A stretch of 64,000 nucleotides of DNA from Octopus vulgaris (taxonomy: Eukaryota). The translations under genes and the position numbers were made by a program. Positions 23,915-36,965 of this stretch are shown piece after piece. Below the pieces are notes generated by a model that saw only the letters and a list, made by a program, of their open reading frames with translations, searched no databases and was not told the origin of the DNA. The DNA is taken from contig OX597824.1 of assembly GCA_951406725.2 (NCBI GenBank), forward strand, positions 72,726,001-72,790,000. Direction: 5' to 3'. Within the stretch, counting starts at the first letter, position 1; each line of letters opens with the position of its first letter.

Positions 23915-25371
23915 TTAAATTGTAATCCTGCAAATTGTAGCTGATAACATTTGTATTGCTTCTTTTTGTTTATGTATAAAAGTAATGTAAATCTTACTAT
24001 TTATTGTTAATTCCTTCTATCTATCTATTTATCTGTCTGTCTATCTATCTATCTATCTACCTATCGATATATATATATATATTTACAGACATGGCAGTGT
24101 GGTCAAGATGGGAATGGGATAGTCAAGGTTAGCCATGTGATTTTGGGTTCAATCTCACCAAGTAGTACCTTGGGCAAGTGTCTTCTATTATAGCTGCAGG
24201 CTAACCAAAGGTATCTGAGTGGATTTGGTAGACAGAAACTGAAAGAAGTCCATTGTGGATGTGTGTTTGTGTTTCCGTGTCTTAACCTCGCACAATGGTT
24301 AGAAACAAGCCTCGTCATCATACAAGTGGTGTTCTTTGAAACCTGCTTGGAAAAAAAGGGGAGAGTTGGTAACAAGAAAGACATCCAACTATTGAAAATT
24401 TGCCTCAGCAAATTCCATTCGCTCCATGTAAGGATGGAACAGTGGACACTGAAATGATGATTATGAGATAATGGTGATATATATATATATATTCATCATC
24501 ATCACTGTCGTTGTTTTGACATCAACTTTACCATGGGTGAAATGTAATTCATTGAGGCAGAAGTTCTGTACTGGATGACCCTTCTATTGCCAACCCACAT
24601 CTGTTAATAACCATGGTATCACTCTTTTTTTCTTCACTGGACATGTTTTCAAGGAAGACTAGAAATAAAGAGCTTCACTTGTATAACAGTAATACTCGTT
24701 AACTATCATTCAATACCAATAAAAGGAGACAAATACACATGCATACATATATATGACTGGCTTCTTTCCATCTACTAGATCCACTCACAAGGCTTTGGTT
24801 GGCCTTGGGCTATTAGCAGAAGACACTTGCCTAACTTACTATGCAGCAGGACTGAAGATGAAATCATACAGTAGTTAAGTGAACTTGTTAATACAAATTA
24901 TGCTTATAAGAAATGTAGTTCTAACTGGAAATCAGTGAAATACATCAGTAGATGAATATAGATATTTGAATGATCACACTTTTTATTTAGGATTTTATCA
25001 ACAGATTTAATGAAAATAGTTTGTTTTCCAAAATTTGTTTTGGTATCACAACACTCATCATAATAGAGTAGATTAAGTTTCCCTGTTTGTTCATATGTGC
25101 AATGTATATATATATTTATATAATTGGAGCATATGATACCTTTCTCTGCAACATTGATGACTTGTGTATTATTTTATCCCTAGTTGAGTGGAGAGAAACA
25201 AAATTTTAAAAAACTTAATACATGTCCAAAAAGTTTTTTATACTTTCAGTGTGGATATGCAATATCAAGCATGATATTTTAGAGATCTTCAATAAATTAA
25301 TTAAACAGTTGATAAACACATAGTATTCTTAACAAGTTTAACTACAGGAATGGGTTGCTCTTAATGAAATT

Positions 25372-26420
25372 ATTTGGTCAGGGGATAGACAGAATTGTTA
25401 AAGTACCAGATAACATGTCTTGTAAAATTTCCCCTGGCTTCCGAATGAACTTTTCCTTTCATCTCTCTAGAGTCAATAAAATAAAGTACCCATCAAGTAC
25501 TGAGGTCAATGTAATTGACTACTCCATTCCCATCAAAATTGTCAACTTTGAGCCTAAATTAGAGACAGTTATTATTATGGAGAGGGAGGCTGTGAACTGG
25601 CAGAATCATTAGCATGCCAAGCTAAATGTTTAGCAGCATTTCGTCTATGTTCTGAGGTTGACTGCCTTTCATCCTTTCAGGATCAATAAAATAAGTACCA
25701 GTTATGTACTGGGGTTGATATAATCGACTAGCCCCTCCCCCAAAATTTCAGGCCTTGTGCCTTTAGTAGAAAGGATTATTATTAGGGAGAGGGAGTGGAA
25801 GAACATTAATGCTGACTATAGTGCCTTGCTGTATTTCTTTTGGCTCTTTATGTTCTTAGTTCAAATCCTGCAATGGTTCTGCTTTGCTTTTCATCCTTTT
25901 GCACTCAATAAAATAAATTACCAGTGAATTCTTAGAGTCAATTTAATCACTGGCACTCATACTTACTGGCCCTGTACCTAAGCTAGAAATAACAGTTATT
26001 ATTTGCTTGAAATTACTTAGTCTGTATACCTATTTAGATGTCTCTTACTTTTTGTAGTCACTCTTAATATCTGACCATCAATTTATAGAAATACTTGTAG
26101 TGCTTGTAAATTGTCTTTGAATTTCATTATAAAAACAATTATTAACCATCATCTGGATATATAACTGAACTGCTCTGTTTGATTAAAAGTTACAATATTT
26201 TTATTACAAATATCAGGAAGGTAGAAGATGGTAGAATTGGTAATATGTCTGGCAAAATGTTTTACGGCATTTAGCCATGTCCTTTATTTTTTGTGTTCCA
26301 TTCATGCCAGCTTTCATCCATCTAAGGTCAATGAAATAATAACCAGGTGAATACTGGGATCATATTTATCGACTATGTCCTTTCCTCAAAAACCAAGGTC
26401 TTATGTCTATGTTATAAATT
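25372..26420 (+). mobile_element. Cluster of about 4 same-orientation SINE family B copies
   Basis: Repeated CTTTCATCC..GTCAATAAAATAAGTACCAG..ACTGGGG blocks at ~25455, ~25665, ~25885 and ~26310. Confidence 0.7.
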
Positions 26421-27039
26421 ATTATTATTATTATTATTATTATTAACAGAGCTTAGTAAGGTGGTTACATGACAGAAATGGTTAAAATGCTCACACACAC
26501 ATATGTTTCATGCCTGAAAAAAAATAGAAGGACCCATTGAAAAGTGTTATCCCTGAGAGACAAAAAAGTACAAGTTGGTCGAGGCTAAAGCAAACACCTT
26601 TCAGTATAGGCCTGCTTAGTCAAGGCTGAAGTGGGTTACACAACAACATACATGTTTTATGAAGAAATGGTTAATAGGATATGCAGTCAATGATGTTGAA
26701 GAAAAAGGTACAAAGGCAACCTTCGGTGAGCAAGCCTGTGTAACTTAAAACAGCAGGATACAGGATATTTTATGGTGTAATGTTTACAAGAAAAGCATTA
26801 CACCATTTGAAGTAAACAAAGAAATCATCTGGGATTCAAAAGCAGAGAGGATGCCTGATGAAAAGTGTAATATCTGGGTTTTGCAACAGTGCCTGTTAAT
26901 GCACTTCGACCCTGGAATTACAAAAATGATAACATATCCATAATTTTACACCACAATATTCACATTTCCTGAAAGACTACCTTGATGATAAATGTGTGTG
27001 TGTGTGTGAAGACCACCTTGGGGACAAATGTGTGTGTGA

Positions 27040-27078
<39 letters not shown>

Positions 27079-27178
27079 TGTATGTACATATTTGTATGTA
27101 CATATATATAGGATGCAGCGAAATAAAATCTCCCAGATCCACATTTCTTAGTAGATGTGAATCTGGGATTTTTTTTGT

Positions 27179-27220
<42 letters not shown>

Positions 27221-27731
27221 ATATATATGTATATGTATATATACATACACACACACAGAGTTGAGGTTTCAATGTTGCTATTCTGAGGCACATTTTGTTT
27301 CTCTTCCTAGAAATTGGAAAACTCAAAAGTAACAACAGTTTCGAATGATAAACTAAAACTTCATGCATTTGGCAATTTTCTTTTTTGTCTTGTTTGTAAA
27401 TCCAAACACATTACATGTGTTTATTATTTTCTTCATTTCAGTCATTTTACCATGAATATGCTTAAGCACTACTCTCAAGGGTATAGTCAGTTTTGTGAGT
27501 TCCCTAAAACTTGGTTTTATTGACTTCAGAAAGATGAAAAGCAAAGCTGCCTTGCATATGATTTGAGTTTCTGAATGCAACTAAATATCACGAATCATTA
27601 TCCAAAGTTTTACTGATTCTCTCATTTGATATAGCTAACACTAAAACAGTCAACTAAAGGTCTGTGACATTTTAGTGCTCCTTTGTCAATTACGTAGGGC
27701 TCAATACAGCACACTATTTTCATAATCTTCC

Positions 27732-27774
<43 letters not shown>

Positions 27775-28510
27775 GCTGTTCGTGGAGCAAGGTTGGTTAC
27801 AAGCATCTTGACTGCACTGAACTATAGCTAACTTGCTCAAGGCATACTACATAAAATTTAAGTATTCAGGGATACTCTTACATGTTGCAAACAAACGTGT
27901 GTATTTGTAAACAAACATGCACACATGGAGCAGCTTTTCATAATCCTCTCACAAATGCAATTATGTTTTTGTAAGAGAAAATATAACCTATATATGTGTG
28001 TGTGTGTTTATGTATGTATTTCTATATGCGAAAACACACACGCATTGAACACTGAAAATGTAATTAGTATTTCGATTATAAAATACCAATTATGTTTTCT
28101 TTAATGTGGCTTGAATTCTACACACTAACCTGTCTGCAGATATGATGGTTTGGGTCATACTGTGCTGGATATAGGAGTGGAGTATGGATCTTTCTACCAA
28201 GCCCAAACATTTAGTTGCATGTTGTGTCCTCTAGTGTAACACACACATACACACACACTTGTTAATTCAATATGAGTATAAACTTTGTCTGCTTAACAAA
28301 GCTTGTCTACAGGTATCAGTAACAAATGCTATCATATAACGAAATTGATATATTACTGGGTGGGGGGACATACATATATATTAACAAAAAGGCGGTAGTC
28401 AGGATTTAGATAAAAACTATTGACAAAAGCACTAAATAAAAAGTTTTTTTTTTCCAAATCCTGACTATCTCTTTTTTGTTAATATATAAAATCTGTCCGC
28501 TACTTCAAAC

Positions 28511-28682
28511 ATGTGGCACGTAAAAAGCACTCACGGAGTGGTTGGCGTTAGGAAGGGCATCCAGCCGTAGAAACATTGCCAGATCAGACTGGGCCTGGTG
28601 CAACCTTCTGGCTTCCCAAACCCCAGTTGAACCGTCCAACCCATGCTAGCATGGAAAGCGGACGCTAAACGAAGATGATGAT
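28511..28682 (+). mobile_element. Family D retroelement 3' portion
   Basis: GGAGTGGTTGGCGTTAGGAAGGGCATCCAGCCGTAGAAAC...GGAAAGCGGACGCTAAACGAAGATGATG. Confidence 0.8.
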
Positions 28683-29380
28683 ATATATACATACACACAT
28701 ACTTGGTTTTTATATCTGGTTTGCAAGAGTCCTTATGTGAATTTATGTGTTGAAACAAATTTTGTTGTGTCTGGATAAAGTCCTGGTGCCTTAATATAAC
28801 ACACTCACCAGTTCAATCTCCACTCATTTATTTATTTATTCCAGAAAGCATTTTTGTCGCTGTATTTGCGACGAAAGGTTTCTCGGATAAATAAAAGAGT
28901 GGAAATTGAATCGGTGAGTGCACTATGACTCTCCCCAGGCACAATATATATATAAATTCGTTTTTATATATCTTTTCATATATGTGTGTACACGTACGTA
29001 CGGTACGACAGCTGTGAGGTTAAGTTATTTGGACTACTGACAATATGGTCAAGAATTCAAATTTTATTGTACGACCTTTTATGCTGTGCCTTTTAGCAAG
29101 GGACATAACTCTGCCGCACTATTCCTGCCTGGTGAAAAAAACGCTGGTTTCCCTCAATATTGTAGTTAAGTGGTTTATGTTTATAAACGACGTCGAGCTG
29201 TAATAATTTTTGCTCTAAAATTTATCCAGTGCTATAGTTTAAACACAAACGTAAAACAGCTGTATGCATATATATATATATAAATAAGTTCAGCAAAATT
29301 TAGATTCAAATGAATATGGTACTTAAGTTAGATGCACTAGAATTTTGTATGGTGTTATCCATATAAATCCATGGGGTGGT

Positions 29381-29601
29381 TATAATCAAAATAAGCAACA
29401 AGAATATCTTCGGTAATTTGGTACGATCGTTTCACGCTACATCATTTTATTAAATATTGTAAGTATTACAGCAGTTTTAAAATGTTGAGCAATCATTGCT
29501 CAACATTTTTAAACGACTGTAATACTTACAATATTTAATAAAATGATGTAGCATGAAACGATCGTACCAAATTACCGAAGATATTCTTGTTGCTTATTTT
29601 G

Positions 29602-29607
<6 letters not shown>
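29381..29607. repeat. Near-perfect 227-bp palindrome
   Basis: 113-bp arms around a single C at 29494, about 4 mismatches. The right arm runs into (TA)n. Confidence 0.95.
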
Positions 29608-29648
<41 letters not shown>

Positions 29649-30126
29649 GTGTGTGTGTGTGTATTTTTATTATTTTATTAACATTTATGAAATTCAATTT
29701 AAATTTGTACTGTAAAACAAATGTCATTAAATGGAAAACAGATAATTGTTTTAAAGAGTTGTTTTATTTCAATGTTGAATTAATACATAATATAAAATCT
29801 AACGTCATCAGAACTTTATAAATTTCTGAAAGAACATTAAATGATTTTTTTTTTTTAATTTTCAAATAGTATATCTTGAATCACACAAAGCTATAAACAA
29901 ACAGTGTGTAAGTATCAGGTTGAAAAACTCTTTTGGAATGAGAAAAGTTGAAGGCATCCTTTGATCTTCTATCCAAAAGGACTTTTCAACACATTCAGTT
30001 TATAATATTGTTGAAATATTCCATCAGCAAAACAAATTGGCTAACCAGCTAACTAAAATAAATAAATAAAAGTATAATGTTACTTTCAGTTTGAACGTTG
30101 GTACATTTGTGATTATTTCAGAGTTG

Positions 30127-30529
30127 CGATCTTTTCGGTTTGAACGGCAGTTTTTTCCTAGCGGTGTCATATGAAATTGTTACCCATTATTATGACCCTA
30201 GTATCGATCTATTGCATTTCAATCTGTTTTAGGGTTAGGGTTGGTTAAGGTGGGGGGAAGGGTATCTTTTTTTCTTCACAAATGTAAATAAACCCAATCT
30301 GTTTCTTAAACGAGGGACATATTCATACGGCACAGAATGTTTTTTTACCTCAACAGACATCATTGATTGGTTGAAATTGAAACAAATATCTTACAAACTA
30401 TAGAATTTTCTCAATAAAGCCAAGAGAAAAAGATGTCTTATAAACACATTCTACCAGTATACGAAGTTTAAAATTTTTTTGTTACGTGGAAATGATTTTA
30501 AAAAACTGCTGTTCAAACCGAAAATATCC
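30127..30529. mobile_element. MITE, second copy of the 1631-2040 family in opposite orientation
   Basis: Same TIRs and interior, including TTAGGGTTAGGG at 30229-30240. Confidence 0.9.
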
Positions 30530-32029
30530 GAAATGTGCTGAAACAACCAGTATCTATCAATGGCCTGAGTTAGAAAATTATTTATAAGGTTAGCTCATTG
30601 AACGAAATATTTACATCGCCACTTGACATCAGGAAATATAGCTGAGCACTTAAACGGATTAAAAACACGGCCAAATGAAGCCGAAAATTCCAAAGCAACA
30701 GAAACAAACTAACGTTTTAACTTAATAAACAAAAAAAACCCCGCAACTTTGTTTAAAAATAGAAGAGAAGTTCACAGAAACTCTTAGCAGACCTTGAAAG
30801 GAATAATTTATAAATTTCCAGAGATAGACTGAAGAAGTAGTCTCAGATTGGGTTTGCTCATCAATAAAACAGCTGGCATCAGAAGCCAAACAAATTATTT
30901 TAATAGAAAGTACAAATCATGAAATGACAAATATAAAGAGAATAAAGTTAGTCGTACTACATAACAGCACATTACTTAACTGCATAAATTATTATTATTA
31001 TTATGGCTGACCATTGGTAACGAGAGACACACAAATAAGAAAGAAGAAAGCAAAGGACCACTGATGAGGTCACAGGAGTGTGAGGAAAGAACTCTGGCCG
31101 AAATAAGATTAAGATTAATGTAAAAAATAAATAACGTTGAAGCAAAGTAACACCAAATATATAGTGTGTGTGTTTTTATTGGCTAAACTGGCAAAATGAC
31201 CATTCCTAAATACAACAATATCTGTTTCAACACACGATTTCACATCAAAAATCTTGCAAAACAAATATATAAACGTAAAAATTATTATTATTATTCCACT
31301 GAAGCTGACCTGGCACTAAACAACAAGATATGGTTGATGTAAGAATCTGTTGATTATACTGCAGTAGAACATTACATTCTTGGAAGATAAACTTTGACAT
31401 GCAAGCAGTGAAAACTGGACTTTAAAACAATGAGGAGGAGGAGTTATTATTTTTGTTTTTCAATCAGTTTGACATTTCAAACCAAACAAAAATGTTTTAT
31501 TTCATTTTTTTCCTTAGGTAGAGAGATTAAAAAAATAAATCTAAAAAAATGTAAAAGTACACATGTAATTTTAACAGAAATTATTTGTTAAAAAAATATT
31601 GAAAAATGTTAATTTCAGGCTTGCTAGTCTGGGAAACAATTTGTGACATGCATTGAACAGTTGTGGTATTTAGTTACCTCCCTTACATATTTCTGCCTTC
31701 AGTTGCTACTGGAAAATGACTTTACATTTCATCTCCTTGGGGTTGATAAATTATGCGCTTGTAATGGACTCGTCCCCTCCCAAAAAATTGCTGCCCCTGT
31801 GGCAAAATTTGAAACCATTATTATGTAGCAGTTTGAAAATAGTTCAGATGATTTCTTTCTTATGTTTTAAAGTGACTGAAGCAGCTGTTTAACCTTTACA
31901 ATTTTGAAGACGAGAGCTGCTTCCTTCAGTGGTGAAGAACAACCATAATAGTTAGGCTCTTGTGATTCTACCCTTTGTAACATTAAGAAATAACTAATAA
32001 AATTAAATATTAAAAAAAAAAATTATAAA

Positions 32030-32754
32030 TTATTTTTATTTCTTCATTGCTCTTATTCCACAGCCAGCTTCAGTCTCATACCAATTCTTGCCAACTGACA
32101 TTTTATCTCTCTGTCAACTCTTTTACAAACAAATAATCAACTATTGATGATAAAACTACTTAAACAGGAGTGGCTGTGTGGTAAGTAGCTTGCTAACCAA
32201 CCACATGGTTCTGGGTTCAGTCCCACTGCATGGCATCTTGGGCAAGTGTCTTCTGCTATAGCCCCGGGCTGACCAAAGCCTTGTGAGTGGATTTGGTAGA
32301 CGGAAACTGAAAGAAGCCCGTCGTATATATATATATGTATGTGTTTGTGTGTCTGTGTTTGTCCCCCTAGCATTGCTTGACAACCGATGCTGGTGTGTTT
32401 ACATCCCCGTCACTTAGCGGTTCGGCAAAAGAGGCCGATAGAATAAGTACTGGGCTTACAAAGAATAAGTCCCGGGGTCGATTTGCTCGACTAAAAGGCG
32501 GTGCTCCAGCATGGCCACAGTCAAATGACTGAAACAAGTAAAAGAGTAAACAAATGAATAGAACTACATCAACAACAACAACAACAACAACAAAATATAT
32601 GACAAAGAGAAGAAATCAGTTTAAGTAGTTTTATCGTCAATAGTTGATTATTTGTTTGTAAAAGAGTTGATAGAGAGATAAAATGTCAGTTGGCAAGAAT
32701 TGGTATGAGACTGAAGCTGGCTGTGGAATAAGAGCAATGAAGAAATAAAAATAA
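32030..32754. repeat. 136-bp inverted repeat (32030-32165 / 32619-32754) enclosing a SINE
   Basis: The arms are reverse complements with 2 mismatches by eye. Confidence 0.93.
32165..32548 (+). mobile_element. SINE family A, well preserved
   Basis: CAGGAGTGGCTGTGTGGTAAG...CTTGGGCAAGTG...ATGACTGAAACAAGTAAAAGAG. Confidence 0.9.
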
Positions 32755-33185
32755 GAAATACAAAAGCAGAAAGTGAAAGAAAACTGATTAAAAGAGAGAA
32801 AAAGGGTAATGCAATGGTAAGGAGATTAAGGAATTCTTTTTTTTTTTACTATAAATGTCAGTGTTTTTATGTCAAACTCAACATCGTCATCACTGATTTC
32901 TTCTCGTTATTGTTCATTGGAAGTTTTTCAATCAGTGTTCACCAAAATTACACAAATCTGTAATGGCCATCGACTACCATTGATTAATTGTTCTTTTATG
33001 TTTTTTTATAATTTTTTTATTTCATTTCTTTTTGTAAAGAGCCAGTATTTATTTATTCATTTTTTAAACAAATACACTGTTTTTGTATTTGGCTTGCAAG
33101 GTTCTTGATGTGAATTCGTATGTTGAAACAAATTTTGTTGCCTTGGGAGGGCCATTATGCCAATAATAATAGCAACACACACACA

Positions 33186-33512
33186 CAGGTTCAGTTCCAC
33201 TTCTTTATTGTTAGTCAATTGGTTAAATGTCTAACCAACTAACTAATCAATTGTTTGTTTAACAAATAGTTTTTTTTCAGAAGTCTAATCATGCCCATCA
33301 TGTCTAAGACTTTCCTTTCTATCATCATTATCATCAATTTACATAAGCAGGTTCAGTTCCACTTCTTTATTGTTAGTCATTTGGTTAAATGTCTAACCAA
33401 CTAACTAATCAATTGTTTGTTTAACAAATAGTTTTTTTTTCAGAAGTCTAATCATGCCCATCATGTCTAAGACTTTCCTTTCTATCATCATTATCATCAA
33501 TTTACATAAGCA
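33186..33512. repeat. Tandem direct duplication, 162-bp period
   Basis: Units begin CAGGTTCAGTTCCAC at 33186 and 33348 and are nearly identical. Confidence 0.93.
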
Positions 33513-33552
33513 AACTTCTTTTTTTTTCAATTCTATATTTAAGAGATGAGGA

Positions 33553-33626
33553 ATTATTTACATTTGACGGATACTCGTCCTCATCTTGTACAAGATGAGG
33601 ACAAACATCCGTCAGATGTAAATAAT
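33553..33626. repeat. 74-bp imperfect palindrome
   Basis: ATTATTTACATTTGACGGATACTCGTCCTCATCTTGT|ACAAGATGAGGACAAACATCCGTCAGATGTAAATAAT. Confidence 0.85.
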
Positions 33627-33629
33627 GTT

Positions 33630-34322
33630 CTTTTCTGTTTCTCCCTTGGCTAGATATACTTGTTTCCTAGCTTCCCTTCTGGCTATCTGATACAGTTCCT
33701 TGCTGCCCCCTCTCTTTTGGTCCTGATTCTTTGCTCTAATGGCACTGTCTACGGAATTTTTTGACCACCACGTTACCCTGAGTTTGCAAGGGACTTTGCC
33801 CGAGCCACAGATTTGGTCTGTGGCACTCAGCAAGCTGTCTCACAGGAATTCCCAGTTGCCCTCTATGTCACAAGTTTGTAGCTGCTCCTCCCTCTCATCA
33901 AATTTCTCAGTTAGGATGTCCCTAAATCTCTGACCATATGAATGGACCATAATATTCCAGATCCTTCTTTTTCAGATTGGTCTGCTTCTTGACATTGTTC
34001 TGGCCTGGAATCTAGAGTTACTAATGACTAGTCTATGCTGGGGGGTACATTCTTCACTAGAGAGAGTCTTTGCATTTAAGAGCAAACATGCATCCCGCTG
34101 CCTGGTGAGAATGAAATCTATCTGGCTAGCAGAGTCACCTGATTGATAGGTTATCAGGTGGTTGACTGGCTGGCTTCCTGAAGTTGGTGTTGCAGATCAA
34201 AAGGTTATTCGCATCACAGAACTTCAGTAGCCTTGTTCTATCTTCATTTCATGAACCAATTTAATGGCCCTCATGAACACCATGGTAGATACCAGGCTGC
34301 TGTCTGACATGCCCATTGAAAT
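33630..34322 (-). mobile_element. RTE-clade LINE fragment (end of APE endonuclease plus linker)
   Basis: Motifs FNGHV, LLKFCD, ICNTNFRK, QHRLV and TWW...VDSAIRAK...LYQIARREARKQVYLAK. Disrupted. Confidence 0.8.
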
Positions 34323-34337
34323 ATACATACATATATA

Positions 34338-34739
34338 TGGTGACTCGCTGTGCTTGAGGAGATCTATTGAGTCAAGTACATCAACATCAGCATCAAAATA
34401 AAAATCAAATGGAAATTGTAGTTATGTTATCCATGCCGGTGGCACATAAAAAGCACCATCCAAACATGGCTGGTGCCAGCGTCGCCTGACTGGCGTCCGT
34501 GTCAGTGTCACATAAAAAGCACCAACCGATCGTGGCCGTTTTCCAGCCTCCTCTGGCCCCTATGCCAGTGGCATGGAAAAAGCACTCACTACATTCATGG
34601 AGTGGTTGGTATTAGGAAGGGCATCCAGATGTAGAAATACTACCAGATCAGACTGGAGCCTGGCAGAGCCTCCTGGCTTCCCAGACCCTGGTCGAACCGT
34701 CCAACCCATGGAAAACAGACGTTAAATGATGATGATGAT
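34338..34739 (+). mobile_element. Family D retroelement copy
   Basis: Subrepeats GGCACATAAAAGCACC and tail GACGTTAAAT(GAT)n. Confidence 0.78.
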
Positions 34740-35640
34740 ATATATATATAGTTATACTTCTGAAGTCTATGTTGTATTGTGTTGACAGACTTGCACTTAA
34801 AATTCCCGCATTTTCAATCAAAACTTGTTAGCTACTATGGTGACAACACTACTTATCTGTCAATCTTTCTATCTTTCACACACACATACACGCTCTCTGT
34901 CTCTCTCTCTCACTGTATTTTTCTCTTGGCAACAACTTTTCTCCTCTCTTCTTCTAAATAAATGTGACAGGGGTTATCTACCCTTTTGATTCTTCCTCTT
35001 CTTCCCTCCCTCTAATAGATGTTGTGACAGACAGACATACAGAAGGAAATCAGCTTCTCATTTAAAATATAAGATTGGGAGAGTTGATGGAAAACATTCT
35101 CAAAATCATAAAGAAAGCCTTCATTTCACTTAGTCATTTATATATGTAGACTTTTGTTCCATTTTCATCTGTTGCTATTCTAACTAATGAACCAACAAAC
35201 TAATCAGTGGAGGAGCTGCTACACATTTGCTCGATTTACTAGAAATAGCTGCTAAATCTCGAACAAATAACACCCTACCATCTTAAAACACACATATACA
35301 CACACACACACACACACGATGTAATCCTAGATCAGAAATCAGCAACATCTCTTTATGATGACCCATTTTTAATCTTTATTTAACAAATACCCATGATGCA
35401 CCCATTTATTATAACTCACATATATGAATATCCTCAAGTATCTCCACTCCCTTTTCTGTCTCTGGCTGCGTTTATGTGAGCAAAACTTAAACACGTCATG
35501 ACACAAATGACTATTTAAAACTCATTAACTGCTCAAGATCCACAAACACATCATCATTATCATTATTGTTTTAACATCCACATTTCCATGCTGGTATGAG
35601 TCAGAAGCAGTTTACTGGGATGCATGCATGCATACATAAA

Positions 35641-35866
35641 TACTCTCTCTTTTACTCTTTTATTGGTTTCAGTCATTTGACTGTGGCTATGCTGGAGCAC
35701 CGCCTTTAGTCGAGCAAATCGACCCCAGGACTTATTCTTTTTAAGCCTAGTACTTATTCAATCAGTCTTTTTTGCCGAACCGCTAAGTTACAGGGATGTA
35801 AACACACCAGCATCGGTTGTCAAGCGATGTTGGGAGGGACAAACACACACACGCATACATATATAT

Positions 35867-35929
<63 letters not shown>

Positions 35930-36099
35930 CATATATACGACAGGCTTCTTTCAGTTTCCCTCAACCAAATCCACTCACAAGGCTTTGGTCGGCCTGAGGC
36001 TATAGTAGAAGACACATGCCCAAGGTGCCACGCAGTGGGACTGAACCTGGAACCATGTAGTTGGTAAGCAAGCTACTTACCACACAGCTACTCCTACGC
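35641..36099 (-). mobile_element. SINE family A with expanded internal (TA)n
   Basis: Full head, CORE-like segment and tail present. Confidence 0.88.
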
Positions 36100-36423
36100 A
36101 TACATACATATATTTTCTATCCAAAAGGTTTTTAGACCCAATATTTGTTAGCTATTATTCTCTTCAAGGTCCACCATTCCAAAACAATTATTACACGAAC
36201 ACATATATACAACAAGTTTCTTTCAGTTTCCATCTTTCAAATCCACTCATAAGGCTTTGACCAGCCTGTAGCTATAGCCAAAGACACTTGCCCCAGGTGG
36301 CACACACAATGGGAATGGACCTAAAACCACATAATTGGGAAACATGTTTCTTAATCACACAGTACTCAAAGCCTATAAGGAGAATTTTTTACTTGTCAGA
36401 TGGTTAACCTCTTATATTAAAGG

Positions 36424-36965
36424 GTGAAGGCACGTGGCTTAGTAGTTAGGGTTTTTGACTCATGATTGTATGGCTGTGAGTTTGATTCTTGGCGGCATGT
36501 TGTGTTCTTGAGCAAGACACTTTATTTCAGGTTGCTCCAGTTCACATAGCTGGCAAAATTGAGTGGTACTTGTATTTCAAAGGGCCAGCCTTTCACACTC
36601 TGTGTTATGCTAAATCTCCCTGGGAACTGTGTTAACCCTTTTGTTACTAACCCGGCCAAAACCGGCTCTGGCTCTGTGGTAAAATGTCTTGTTTTCATAA
36701 ATTTTGAATTAAAATCTTCCACCAAACCTTAGTCACAATTTATGTTCCTAACTCCAGCTGAAAGATAACTAAGTTATTTTACTAAATTCTTTGTCATATT
36801 TAAAATAATTGAAAGAAACACAGAGCATCTCAAAATACAGTAACGAAAGGGTTGAGGTTACACATGTCTGTGGACTGCTCAGCCACTTGCAAGTTAATTT
36901 CACGAGCAGGCTGTTCTGTTGACCAGATCAACTGGGACCCTTGCCATTGTAACTGACAGAATATC
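36424..36965 (+). mobile_element. SINE family C-related copy interrupted by a MITE
   Basis: Head GTGAAGGCACGTGGCTTAGTAGTTAGGG; the body resumes at ~36856. Confidence 0.72.
36636..36851. mobile_element. piggyBac-type MITE nested in a SINE
   Basis: TTAA|CCCTTTTGTTACT ... AGTAACGAAAGGG|TTGA. It is inserted at the TTAA found in uninterrupted copies (CGTTAAGGGTAC). Confidence 0.85.

Noticed and set aside
26772-26806. 11-bp perfect stem ATGGTGTAATG/CATTACACCAT
   Set aside because: Too short for a pre-miRNA and plausible by chance in 64 kb.
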